DNA from: Vitreimonas sp.
Lineage (GTDB): Bacteria; Patescibacteriota; Microgenomatia; UBA1400; PJMF01
Assembly (NCBI GenBank): GCA_035627515.1
Contig: DASPLQ010000012.1
Location: 906,331-970,330 of the forward strand
Reading direction: 5' to 3'
DNA: 64,000 nucleotides
This document shows, in pieces, positions 36,300-45,756 of this stretch. Under the pieces are notes generated by a model, which did no database searches, was not told the origin of the DNA, and was given only the letters and a program-made list of their open reading frames with translations. Made by a program: the position numbers and the translations under genes. Position 1 is the first letter of the stretch. The number at the start of each line of letters is the position of its first letter.

Positions 36300-36818
36300 A
36301 TGAAAATTGAATTACAACCACGAGAATTAGCTTTAGCCATTGAACAACTGCGTAATTTAATCAATGACACGCCTGTTCACTGGTTATCTGCCCTTGACCT
36401 AGGATATAAAAAGCAGATGGGTTTACCCTCTATTATGGTGGGAGCCAGTAATTCTTTGAAAGATTTTAGTGAGCAGTTAAAGAAGAATGAAACTGATAAC
36501 TTAAGTCCTGAAGAAGAACAATTTGCACAACAGTGTTTACAATTATTAGCCACATTGCGCTTTTTTCAACAAATTCAAAATGAAAGTCAAATTAATCACG
36601 AGGTCGATAATGATGGAATGCGAAGTTTGGCTCGAGTTTATGAGGGTGATATAGTCCCTACTATTAATACCTTATTTCAACAATTTTTAACAAAATTAGA
36701 GAATTTGGGATTAATTCCTAGAGTAGTGATCCATATTAGTGATAAAGTTGCTAAAGTTGGTCCCACTCATCTAACAAACACCGATATCGATACCTACTTT
36801 AAAACTGCTGGCGATTAA
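36300..36818 (+). CDS. Hypothetical protein
   Basis: 172-aa AT-rich ORF, first of three co-oriented ORFans. Confidence 0.55.
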   Translation: MKIELQPRELALAIEQLRNLINDTPVHWLSALDLGYKKQMGLPSIMVGASNSLKDFSEQLKKNETDNLSPEEEQFAQQCLQLLATLRFFQQIQNESQINHEVDNDGMRSLARVYEGDIVPTINTLFQQFLTKLENLGLIPRVVIHISDKVAKVGPTHLTNTDIDTYFKTAGD

Positions 36819-36861
36819 AATAAGTTATTAAGCCTTATTTCAGTTAGAAAGCATACTTTCT

Positions 36862-37446
36862 ATGCAATCACCCTCATATGGTCCCGAAGGTAGTCGTCAA
36901 TACTATATTAATATCGGACACAAAATTTATAAAGACAGTTACGGTGAAGATCAAGAAACGGTTGCCATTTTAGAGAATCTTAGACAGTTACTGGCAGATG
37001 ACAATCTTTGGTATAGCCTCAACCCCGAACAGCAAGCATCAGTTGCGTCAGCTATTCGGCAAATGTGGATGTATCGTGAAGTAGGCAACTCAGCTCCTGA
37101 AGCATATCTTGATGAAGAAGATGAGTTGTATGACAAAGTCATGCCACAACCAAAGACACCTGAAGCACCTGGCGCTGACTGGGATAGTATGTGGGCTAGA
37201 TTAGTTAGTACAGATGATGATAATGAAGGTGATGTGGATGAAGAAACCTATGCAGGGTTTAATGACTTAATTGATCAATCTACTGTTAGCAATGAGCGCT
37301 TAATATTTTTTAGTTTAATCGAGGCTATGCAAGCTTTTTTGATTGAGCCAAAAAATCCGGGCTTATATCAGGGTTTATTAGACCAGTCAATTTCTGGTGA
37401 TGACCTCGATGTCGATAACGACATACGTCCCTATGGGGATTTGTAA
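36862..37446 (+). CDS. Hypothetical highly acidic protein
   Basis: 194-aa ORF rich in Asp/Glu. Confidence 0.6.
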   Translation: MQSPSYGPEGSRQYYINIGHKIYKDSYGEDQETVAILENLRQLLADDNLWYSLNPEQQASVASAIRQMWMYREVGNSAPEAYLDEEDELYDKVMPQPKTPEAPGADWDSMWARLVSTDDDNEGDVDEETYAGFNDLIDQSTVSNERLIFFSLIEAMQAFLIEPKNPGLYQGLLDQSISGDDLDVDNDIRPYGDL

Positions 37447-37454
37447 TCTCTATC

Positions 37455-38501
37455 ATGCCCGCTTCCCAATCAATTTCTATCGAGCAATTTGTCGAATTTT
37501 ATCGTGACGATTTGTCAGCGATGTTTAGTGACAATCCCGCTTTTGTCGCTGGTTTATCTGAGTTTTTGAAACAGCTGGAAAACTTTGAGCATCAAGGTAA
37601 AGTAGATAACCGTGAACACGTCGAAACTTTTCTGACACAGGCAGAAGTCTACTTGCAACGAGTCATCAGCAGAAGAGAAGCAGCAGAGGATGATGAAAAA
37701 ATCAAAAGTACCTTATTATTTCTTGCTAAAGAAAATGTCGGCAAGTTAGGTGCTTTATTAAGAGAACAAGGGAACACGCTCGATACTCTCAAATTACAAC
37801 TAGTGAGAATGTTGGCATACGCGGAGGATAGTGGCTTTGTGAATGCTTATCCTCGAATTAATAATCCTAAAGATTTTGAAGCCGCTTACTATACCCATAT
37901 CGAACCTAATTTAAGTAAAAATCACCCTGACAAACTAGGATTAGTAAAAAACTTGTTAGAACAAGCCAAGAGCCTCAGAGAAGATAACCTTTATTATGAG
38001 CAAATTATGAAGGAGCTTCGCAATACCGCCCACATGGTTCCGTTGGCTGAACACTATCGAGTTTATGATGACCAAGAAATGGTGGCCATTGCCTACGACA
38101 CTCTATTTGAAAAAGCTGAGAAGACTCCGCGTTTAATTGAAAGTGGGAGAGCTTTCACGCCTCAGGATTTAGAGGAGTTCATGGACAGTTTTTTAAGTGA
38201 TTATCCTGATAAACCCGCGGCTGTTTCATTGGTATCACAATACTTAAAAGAAGCCACACCTCAACAAGCTAGTAATTTAGTGATCGATGGTTTTCATTAT
38301 CTTTCATCAATGACTGATAATGATAAACGTGCTTTTCATCTCTTTTTACGAGATATTAATGAAGCAGCAAGAAATCTGCAGCATACTGAAGGTCTAACTC
38401 AAGAAGATCGGCAGGAAGCTCAACGCATATATGGCACCAATATTTGGACACTCATCAAATGGATGGAAAAACTAACGGGCAAGAAAATTCTTAAAGACTA
38501 A
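37455..38501 (+). CDS. Hypothetical helical protein
   Basis: 348-aa ORF starting 8 nt after the previous stop; overlaps the tatD 3' end convergently. Confidence 0.65.
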   Translation: MPASQSISIEQFVEFYRDDLSAMFSDNPAFVAGLSEFLKQLENFEHQGKVDNREHVETFLTQAEVYLQRVISRREAAEDDEKIKSTLLFLAKENVGKLGALLREQGNTLDTLKLQLVRMLAYAEDSGFVNAYPRINNPKDFEAAYYTHIEPNLSKNHPDKLGLVKNLLEQAKSLREDNLYYEQIMKELRNTAHMVPLAEHYRVYDDQEMVAIAYDTLFEKAEKTPRLIESGRAFTPQDLEEFMDSFLSDYPDKPAAVSLVSQYLKEATPQQASNLVIDGFHYLSSMTDNDKRAFHLFLRDINEAARNLQHTEGLTQEDRQEAQRIYGTNIWTLIKWMEKLTGKKILKD

Positions 38502-39326
38502 GTGGGCATTGTTAGCAAAAACTTGCTTTTCAACGCCTAGGAACTCGCTCACATATTCAGCAGTATTGGCAATCATCCATGGTTCACAAGGCTGGCCTCT
38601 AAATTCTTGTGGGGCTAAAAAGGGGGCGTCGGTTTCCAGTAATAAACGTTCTACTGGTGTAATTTTGGCGATGCTACGGAGGTGGTCAGCGTTCTTGTAG
38701 GTTACATTGCCAGCCAAGCCAATATACGCGCCCATTTCTAAAGCTTGACGAATGTAGTTAAGAGGGCCAGAAGCGCAATGTAGGATAAAGGGTTGCTTTT
38801 CATCATGGTGCTCTTTTAAAAGTGAGATCACATCCCAGTAGGCGTTGTCAGCCGTTGGTTCTTCCGGAATTTCTTTATCCCTCACATGCAGAATTAATGG
38901 TTTGGAATGTTCTTGGGCTAGTTTAATGTGGGCAATAAAAGCTTCTTTTTGAAGTGTCATGGTGTGAGCTTTATGCTCTGGTTTCACCCAATAATAATCG
39001 AGGCCCACCTCACCCACTGCCATCACTTTTTGTCCAGTTATTAATAAGCTTAATTCTTTGATATCGGTGTGAATATCTTCTAGTTGGCTTTCAAATCCAG
39101 TTTCATTTTTTTCAACTTTACTTTGGTAAACCTCTGGGTGAATTCCAATGGCGGCATACAGATTCTGCTCTTGCTCAGCGATTTCTGTAGCGACCATGCT
39201 GCTGGCGAAATCAGTGCCAATGACGACACTTTTTTCCACTCCATGCTCTTGGGCTTTATGCCACTGTTGTTGCCAATCCGGGTACAGTGGCGGTAAGTTA
39301 TAGTGGCAGTGAGTATCGAAGATCAT
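38472..39326 (-). CDS. tatD: TatD-family DNase
   Basis: FDTHCHY, GIHP, GEVGLDYY, LHVRD, LHC, ETDAPFLAP; downstream of metG. Confidence 0.92.
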   Translation of the reverse strand: MIFDTHCHYNLPPLYPDWQQQWHKAQEHGVEKSVVIGTDFASSMVATEIAEQEQNLYAAIGIHPEVYQSKVEKNETGFESQLEDIHTDIKELSLLITGQKVMAVGEVGLDYYWVKPEHKAHTMTLQKEAFIAHIKLAQEHSKPLILHVRDKEIPEEPTADNAYWDVISLLKEHHDEKQPFILHCASGPLNYIRQALEMGAYIGLAGNVTYKNADHLRSIAKITPVERLLLETDAPFLAPQEFRGQPCEPWMIANTAEYVSEFLGVEKQVFANNAHLVFKNFLAR

Positions 39327-39335
39327 ACGTGACAA

Positions 39336-40799
39336 TTACTCTGCTAAACGAGGAAACAAGGGTGATAAAGCAGTGATTTTTTCTTGCGTAAAATGACTGA
39401 GAATAGTCTTAGCGGTAGAGGGCATAAATGGTTGCAACTGAGTGGCGATGCGGACAATTTTTTCGATGGCGGTTGTGAGCGTTTGTGCTTGTGCTTCACC
39501 AGTTTGTTTCCAAGGTTGCTGCTCACTTAAAAACTGATCAGCAGCAGCAATATCAGCCCAAATGTTATTTAAGGCCTCACTTAGTTCAATTTCGTGAAAA
39601 GCTCGTGAAAACGACTCTTCCTTGAGGAAATTGAGCTGATAATCATCATTCTTTTCACGCGTGAAAAAGGGACTAGGAACATCAGCTTTCTCACACAGTT
39701 TAGCCACCCGTGAACATAAGTTGCCTAAGCCGTTCGCTAAATCTGCGGTATAGATTTCAGCAAACTTATCATAACTGAAATCACCATCGGCATGACTAGG
39801 AATATACTTCAATAAATAAAAGCGCACTGGTTCTAAGCCATATTTTTCCACCACTTCAAAAGGATCAATCACGTTACCTAATGATTTGCTCATTTTCTGA
39901 CCGTTAGCGGTAATGTAGCCGTGGACGGAAATCTTTTTGGGTAATGCCAAACCGGCAGAAAGTAACATGCCAATCCAATACACTGAGTGAAAGCGATTAA
40001 TGCCTTTCCCAATCACATGGGTAATTTCACCATCCTGTGTCCAGTATTTTTGCCACTGTTCTTGATCCCAGCCCCAGCCAATGGCAGTCATATAAATAGC
40101 TAACGCATCAAACCAGACATACATCACTTGGGATTCATCGCCTGGGACAGGCACACCAATGCCACGGCCACGTTGATGTGAGCGCGAAACACTAAAATCC
40201 TGCAAACCTTGGCGGATAAAACCAAGCATCTCATTTTTGTATTGATCGGAAACAATATGCAGTTGATCAGTGGCAATTAAATTTTCGATTTGGCTTTGGT
40301 ACTTAGAAAGTTTAAAAAAGTAATTTTCTTCTTCAATTTCTTCTGGTGGGACCAAATGTTCTGGGCATTTACCATCAACCAATTCATCAGCTGTATAAAA
40401 TGCCTCACAACCCACGCAGTACAAGCCTTTATAGGTTTTTTTATAAATATCACCAGCATGGTCACAAAGTTGCCATAGTTTTTGGACACCTGGCCAATGA
40501 TGGTGTTGATCGCTACCCCGACCAAAACCAGTTAGTTCAATCCCAAAATGTGTATACGCATCTTTGAAAATCTGAGCATACTGATCAAGCCAGTCTTGAA
40601 CAACCACACCCGCTTTTTCTGCAGCTTGAACATTTTTTAAGCTATTTTCGTCAGCGCCCGAAGTAAATGAAACGTCCTTGCCAATTAAGCGTTGATAACG
40701 AGCCACACTATCGGCTTGAAACCATTCTAGTACATGACCTAAATGTGGCTTGGCATTGACGTAGGGAATAGCAGTGGTGATGTGGTAGGTGTTAGACAT
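39336..40799 (-). CDS. metG: Methionine--tRNA ligase (short form)
   Basis: TTAIPYVNAKPHLGH, YCVGCE..CPEH, YVWFDAL, KMSKSLGN. Confidence 0.97.
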   Translation of the reverse strand: MSNTYHITTAIPYVNAKPHLGHVLEWFQADSVARYQRLIGKDVSFTSGADENSLKNVQAAEKAGVVVQDWLDQYAQIFKDAYTHFGIELTGFGRGSDQHHHWPGVQKLWQLCDHAGDIYKKTYKGLYCVGCEAFYTADELVDGKCPEHLVPPEEIEEENYFFKLSKYQSQIENLIATDQLHIVSDQYKNEMLGFIRQGLQDFSVSRSHQRGRGIGVPVPGDESQVMYVWFDALAIYMTAIGWGWDQEQWQKYWTQDGEITHVIGKGINRFHSVYWIGMLLSAGLALPKKISVHGYITANGQKMSKSLGNVIDPFEVVEKYGLEPVRFYLLKYIPSHADGDFSYDKFAEIYTADLANGLGNLCSRVAKLCEKADVPSPFFTREKNDDYQLNFLKEESFSRAFHEIELSEALNNIWADIAAADQFLSEQQPWKQTGEAQAQTLTTAIEKIVRIATQLQPFMPSTAKTILSHFTQEKITALSPLFPRLAE

Positions 40800-40928
40800 G
40801 TTGTAACGGATGCATCTTCAGAATTTAGCAACCTTATTTTAGCAGTTTTTGGTTCAAAATGGGTTCTCAAAGTGCGAAAGATATGATTGGTAGCCACTAA
40901 CATTAAACCCAATACATAATCATCATAC

Positions 40929-41279
40929 CTACTTTTTGAAGAAAGGTAATTTTCTTAAAGTGCGTTCAGCCCACTGATCAGCAGTCATTTTTTCGAGCGC
41001 TAGTTGCCAACCTTTTTTGCCTTTAACTTCAGCAACTGAGGAAATGGTAGCACTGGAAACTTGTAAAGCTTTTTTAATTTCTTCGTACGATTTACCTTGT
41101 TGAAGTTCCCACAAAATACCTAAGCGTTTGGCAAAAACCAAGCGCTCAGTATCAGTAAGAAAATCGGCCAAAAACGCTTGAACGTCGTTGGGATGTTTGA
41201 GGTCGGCGAGGAGTGTGTACAGGCGGTTGAGGAGTTGTTGGTGGTGTTTGGCGGGTAAGGCGTGAGATGAGGTTTGCAC
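40929..41279 (-). CDS. TrpR-like (YerC/YecD) helix-turn-helix protein
   Basis: FLADFLTDTERLVFAKRL...GKSYEEIKKALQVSSATISSV. Start placed at GTG 41279 (the ORF extends to 41297). Confidence 0.8.
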   Translation of the reverse strand: MQTSSHALPAKHHQQLLNRLYTLLADLKHPNDVQAFLADFLTDTERLVFAKRLGILWELQQGKSYEEIKKALQVSSATISSVAEVKGKKGWQLALEKMTADQWAERTLRKLPFFKK

Positions 41280-41682
41280 AGACTTCGATTGTACCAAAGA
41301 AAACCAGAATCGCTACGATCAGTTGCCATTGCCAAACGATGTTTTGCAACTGTAAGAACATCATAGTTTGGAGACAGAGGGCAGTCAAAAGTCCGCGCCG
41401 AGAGCTCAAAAAAAGATAGGAAAACAAGAAAAAATTAGCGATGATGAGAACTATTTGAAAAGGAAGGTATGAGTTGGCAAGTAGGACGTGTTGCAGTTGC
41501 TGTGGTGGAATGACTGTCACAATATGGAGTAGGAGTAAGTAGAAAGGAACACTAGCGATTAATGTCGGCCATCGAGTGCGATACGGTGAGGGGGTAGATA
41601 GCTGGGGTGAAGATAAATTGAGGGGTGAGTCAGATTCTATTGACGGTGAGTCCAGGGATAAACGTGAGCGAGCTTTCGGCAT
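41152..41682 (-). CDS. Hypothetical four-TM membrane protein with a Pro-rich tail overlapping the next gene
   Basis: Hydrophobic segments; CATAAT 5 nt upstream of the ATG. Confidence 0.65.
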   Translation of the reverse strand: MPKARSRLSLDSPSIESDSPLNLSSPQLSTPSPYRTRWPTLIASVPFYLLLLHIVTVIPPQQLQHVLLANSYLPFQIVLIIANFFLFSYLFLSSRRGLLTALCLQTMMFLQLQNIVWQWQLIVAILVFFGTIEVCANLISRLTRQTPPTTPQPPVHTPRRPQTSQRRSSVFGRFSY

Positions 41683-41740
41683 GTTTTATTATGACAGTTT
41701 CAAAGAGAGGTGAGTAGTCTTTCTCTGCTATACTGAAAGT

Positions 41741-42877
41741 ATGTCAATGGAAACGCTGATAGTACTAGTAGTCATTATTTTAGGATTTGTAGGCCTGTAT
41801 GGGCTGATGTGGTCGGTGCGGAGTAAAAATCAACCTCAGGAACTTGAAACTCTGATTAATCAGGTCTTTGGCATGAGCGCGGCCAAAATTGCCGAACAAA
41901 GTCGTCAGCTATTAGCCAGCGAAAAAGAGACGATTAAAGTTGATCTCGCCAATAAACAACACGTCATCGAAGAGCTGGTCAAACAACTGCAAAATGATAT
42001 GAAAACTCGCCAGGAGGAAATTCGGCTTTTGGAGCAGGATCGTGTCAAGAAGTTTGGTGAGCTGAGTACGTCATTGGAACAGCATCGCTTACTAGCTGAA
42101 CAAGTTCGCGTCTCGACTCAACAATTAGCAAACGTTTTATCGAACAACCAACAACGGGGTGAATGGGGTGAGCGGATCATTGAAGACTTGATGCAAGCAA
42201 ATGGCTTAGTGGAAGGCGTTCATTATCTTCGTCAATCAAAACAAACTACGGGCACGTTACGGCCTGATATTACCTTGTTATTACCTAATGAACGAATTGT
42301 GGCAGTAGATGTTAAATTCCCCTACGCAGAAATTCAAAAAATGGCGATTGCTGATTCCAAAGCTGCTCAACAAGCTCATCTCAAACAATTTGGTATAGAT
42401 CTAAAAACGAAGATTACTAAGGTGACTGAGTACATTAATCCTGCTGAACAAACGTTGGACTACGCTATCTTATTTGTGCCTAATGAAATGATTTTTTCTT
42501 TTATTAATCAAAAATTCCCTGACTTAGTAGATGAGGCCATTGCCAAGCGGGTATTAATTGTTTCCCCTTTTACTTTTTTGATCGTAGCGCGGACAGTGAT
42601 AGAAAGCTATCGCAACTTTATGATTGGCGATAAACTCAAAGATGTGGTCCGTTATGTAGATGAATTTGTCAAAGAGTGGTCAGCTTTTAAACTTAAATTT
42701 GAAAAATATGGCCGCTCAATTGATACTCTCAAGACTGATTTTGATGAACTAACCGGGACTCGTTTCCGACAAATGGAAAAGAAAATCACCAAAATTGAAA
42801 CCTATCGCCAAGGTGGAATACTCACCAAAAAGGGTGAGGCAAACCCCACCCTCTTTGACGGTGAAGATGAAGGTTAA
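41741..42877 (+). CDS. rmuC: DNA recombination protein RmuC
   Basis: N-terminal TM, coiled coil, RGEWGE, LRPD..LLP, VDVKFP, DYAILFVPNE, VLIVSP. Confidence 0.92.
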   Translation: MSMETLIVLVVIILGFVGLYGLMWSVRSKNQPQELETLINQVFGMSAAKIAEQSRQLLASEKETIKVDLANKQHVIEELVKQLQNDMKTRQEEIRLLEQDRVKKFGELSTSLEQHRLLAEQVRVSTQQLANVLSNNQQRGEWGERIIEDLMQANGLVEGVHYLRQSKQTTGTLRPDITLLLPNERIVAVDVKFPYAEIQKMAIADSKAAQQAHLKQFGIDLKTKITKVTEYINPAEQTLDYAILFVPNEMIFSFINQKFPDLVDEAIAKRVLIVSPFTFLIVARTVIESYRNFMIGDKLKDVVRYVDEFVKEWSAFKLKFEKYGRSIDTLKTDFDELTGTRFRQMEKKITKIETYRQGGILTKKGEANPTLFDGEDEG

Positions 42878-43089
42878 GAATTCTCAGCCAGTGTAATGAT
42901 GAAACTTACTGTGGTACCATGTTGTCTTTCGAGGGGCATCATAAATTTCATCACATCATGGAGAGTCTTTACAGGACTTTCTCCCAAATTTCCCGCTCCT
43001 GCTTTAGAAATAGCCTGAATGTGGGAGAAGTTAATTTCACCTCTTCTAGTTAGTGAACTTAAATCATTGACTCTAATTGTTTCTGTCAT
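42874..43089 (-). CDS. Small hypothetical protein divergent from the ATPase-wHTH gene
   Basis: 71-aa ORF with a strong AAAGGAG SD just upstream of the ATG. Confidence 0.55.
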   Translation of the reverse strand: MTETIRVNDLSSLTRRGEINFSHIQAISKAGAGNLGESPVKTLHDVMKFMMPLERQHGTTVSFIITLAENS

Positions 43090-43143
43090 AGTCTCCTTTA
43101 GTAATACTATCTATAAGTATTGCGGGCAAACGCTGATTATTCT

Positions 43144-43220
43144 TGACACTTCCCGGTCGATTAACTGACAACCACCTGACAACTCTTACACTTGCGAGCT
43201 CTCTGACTCCAGCCTACAAT
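43144..43220 (+). promoter_or_regulatory. OmpR/PhoB-type direct repeats upstream of a sigma70 promoter
   Basis: TGACA at 43144, 43166 and 43177 (11-bp phase); CTGACAAC exact twice; TTGCGA(43192)-17-TACAAT(43215). Confidence 0.6.
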
Positions 43221-43227
43221 CTGTGGT

Positions 43228-44502
43228 ATGTTTTTACCGATCGAAGCCCAATATCCGGTGTCATTTCGTGAGACTCAGGCTAAAGAATTGGGGACACACT
43301 TACATCAACATAACTCGGTAGTTTTGGTGGGCATGAAGCGGGTGGGAATTAGTAATTTTTTGCGCTTTTTTTTGACTAACCCTCATATTCCTAATACCTA
43401 TGTCAAAAGTGGGCTGTTATTGTTTGTGCATGTTGATCTTAATGACTTAATCGATACTAGTCCCCAAGCTTTCTGGATTTTAGTTTTAAAGCGGTTGATA
43501 GATGCCATCGAAATAAGTGCCTTGTCAGTAGACGCTAAACGCAAAGCAGATAAATTATTTAATGACAGCATCCAAGTCCAGGATTTGTTTTTGACCCTAG
43601 AAAGCGTTCGCAGAGCTTGTCGGTTAATAGCCGATGAAGGTTTCGCTATTAATTTATTTTTAGTGCGTTTTGATCGCTTACAAGAAACCGTCACACCTGA
43701 ACTCTTTGCTAATTTACTCGGTCTCAAAGAATCGTTAGGGACGCGGTTGTCATATGTCTTTACTAGTTATCGACCTTTAACAGATCTGCGACCAGGTATT
43801 TTTACCAAAGCTGCTTTGGGAGTATTTGCCCGTGATATGTATTTGACCCCCGCCTCAACTTCAGACATGAAGGTAATTCTGCAAACATTCTTGCAGCGCT
43901 ATCAATTGCGATGCACTCCTAAGGCTTTGGCACATTTGTTGGATTTAGCAGGTGGGCATGTCCAGTATTTGCAACTGAGCTTACTTAAACTATGTGATTT
44001 AGAAAACGTGCCAGATAACAAGTCAGAGTTGTTACAATTGCTGACAAATGATGAGGAGATTCGTTTACTTGGCGAAGAAATCATGGCAAGTTTGACCGTC
44101 GATGAGCAAATACAACTCAAAGATTTAGTGACTCACAAAACAAAAAGCATTGCTGACAATAGTTATTTACGTCGCACAGGCTTGGTGACAAGTGAGCAAA
44201 AGCTTTTTAGCCCCTTATTTGAGACTGCGGTTCGCTCCAAGCAAGCAGAAACTACAAATACTGAGTTATCTAAAAAAGAACATGCACTGTACCAAGTCCT
44301 GCAAGAGCACATCGGCCAAGTGGTCGAACGCGACACGATTATTGAAACTGTCTGGCCTGAGCAAATTGAGACCGGAGTGACTGATTGGGCAGTTGATAGA
44401 TTAGTAGCGCGGCTGCGACAAAAGCTCAAAGATCAGCACAGTCCGTATGCAATAGTGACGATTGTTTCGCGGGGCTATAAACTGACAAAAGAAGAACTAT
44501 AA
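43228..44502 (+). CDS. Degenerate P-loop (STAND-like) domain fused to a C-terminal OmpR/PhoB-type winged-helix DNA-binding domain
   Basis: FRE..., GMKRVGIS (Walker A with K replaced by I), LAGGH motif; LSKKE..LY..L....G.VV.RD.II..VW...VDRLVARLRQKL...I.TI..RGYKL. Confidence 0.8.
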   Translation: MFLPIEAQYPVSFRETQAKELGTHLHQHNSVVLVGMKRVGISNFLRFFLTNPHIPNTYVKSGLLLFVHVDLNDLIDTSPQAFWILVLKRLIDAIEISALSVDAKRKADKLFNDSIQVQDLFLTLESVRRACRLIADEGFAINLFLVRFDRLQETVTPELFANLLGLKESLGTRLSYVFTSYRPLTDLRPGIFTKAALGVFARDMYLTPASTSDMKVILQTFLQRYQLRCTPKALAHLLDLAGGHVQYLQLSLLKLCDLENVPDNKSELLQLLTNDEEIRLLGEEIMASLTVDEQIQLKDLVTHKTKSIADNSYLRRTGLVTSEQKLFSPLFETAVRSKQAETTNTELSKKEHALYQVLQEHIGQVVERDTIIETVWPEQIETGVTDWAVDRLVARLRQKLKDQHSPYAIVTIVSRGYKLTKEEL

Positions 44503-45705
44503 GTGTTTGGCAAAAAAGGTGATATCACGCTCCACGACTGTAGCCCAACCCGGTTGCAAATTATGATCAGCTCCAGGATAAACATGATACTCAATCTCGA
44601 TGGGCTCCAGCGAACTGGTAGTGGGTGAGGGGCTGGGGCTCACTTCTGCTGAGAGTGTTGCTTGGGCTTTCTTGGCTTGTGAGCGACGTTTGTTTTCCAG
44701 TTCTATTTTGTCGATGAACTCAGTACTCCACACTTGCAAGGCAGCTTCATCGGCAGTTCCATGATGAATTTGGAGTGGACCTTGTAACCACTGCAAATGT
44801 TGAGTGAGCGTAAAGTCAAACACGTCATAATCAGCTTCAAATTGTGCTAACCATTTGCGAGTGGCTTTACCTTCATCATCGCTCTCATCGCTAAAAAATA
44901 AGATAGAGTAGGGAAAAGGCGCAGTCACCGGCGCCCATAAAGTTGTTGGCAGGCGTTCATTGAGTACCTCTAGGGTGGTTAAAGCAATTTGGCCACCGTT
45001 GCTATGACCCCACAACCCTAGGGAATCTACTTCTAACACTTTTGCTTTCGTACCGGTGTCAGGAGTGGCTGCGGAGAGATCAGTTGTCTGATGGTTCGTT
45101 TTGAGTTCAGTAATAATGGGCTCCGGAATCGTCAGAGTTTGAGTTTGTAACGTTTTGAGTAACTCTACTACTATGATTGGTTTTTCAAAGCGGGCTTGCC
45201 ACGAGTCACTGGGCTCCGGATCACTTTCCCCATACCCAAAGAAATCCGGCGCTACTGTTAAGTAACCAGCTTTGGCAAAAGCCGCAGCGGCATTTCTCGT
45301 GCCGACACCAGTTTCATATATTTCCAAAGGCACATAGCCGCGGAGCATGACAATAGTTTTGAGAGTGTGATCGCTTTCTTCACTGAGGAGAACGGCAGTG
45401 GGAACAGTAACTTGTCCGCTCATTTTTTTTGCCAACGTGGTATATGAAAAAAGTAAAGCGGTGGAGTCGGGGTTAGTACTCAGCACTTTTTCGATGGTGA
45501 GTGTACTGGGATGATAGGTGCGGGTGCGTAAATTACTCAGCGTGTATTTGAGCAGTGGCAGTTCTTTCACGGCCGGTGGATTACTAAAAGGAGTAGTTAA
45601 AGGAATGGCACTGGTGGTACGACTAAAGTACCACCACGTGGCGAGAGCAGTCAAAAAGATAACTCCGATTCCTACTGAAAGCATCACAAAAAAGCGTTTC
45701 TCCAT
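44497..45705 (-). CDS. Membrane-anchored alpha/beta hydrolase (S9/dipeptidyl-peptidase-like)
   Basis: N-terminal TM, APDFFGYGESD, WGHSNGG, HHGTADE, YPGADHNL. Confidence 0.85.
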   Translation of the reverse strand: MEKRFFVMLSVGIGVIFLTALATWWYFSRTTSAIPLTTPFSNPPAVKELPLLKYTLSNLRTRTYHPSTLTIEKVLSTNPDSTALLFSYTTLAKKMSGQVTVPTAVLLSEESDHTLKTIVMLRGYVPLEIYETGVGTRNAAAAFAKAGYLTVAPDFFGYGESDPEPSDSWQARFEKPIIVVELLKTLQTQTLTIPEPIITELKTNHQTTDLSAATPDTGTKAKVLEVDSLGLWGHSNGGQIALTTLEVLNERLPTTLWAPVTAPFPYSILFFSDESDDEGKATRKWLAQFEADYDVFDFTLTQHLQWLQGPLQIHHGTADEAALQVWSTEFIDKIELENKRRSQAKKAQATLSAEVSPSPSPTTSSLEPIEIEYHVYPGADHNLQPGWATVVERDITFFAKHL

Positions 45706-45756
45706 ATCTTGATTGTACTGGATTTCACTTCATAAATCTGTACAATACTGGCCACC

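Noticed and set aside
40800-40928. Possible T-box or SAM riboswitch upstream of metG
   Set aside because: No T-box or S-box consensus and no terminator hairpin were seen in the 129-nt gap.
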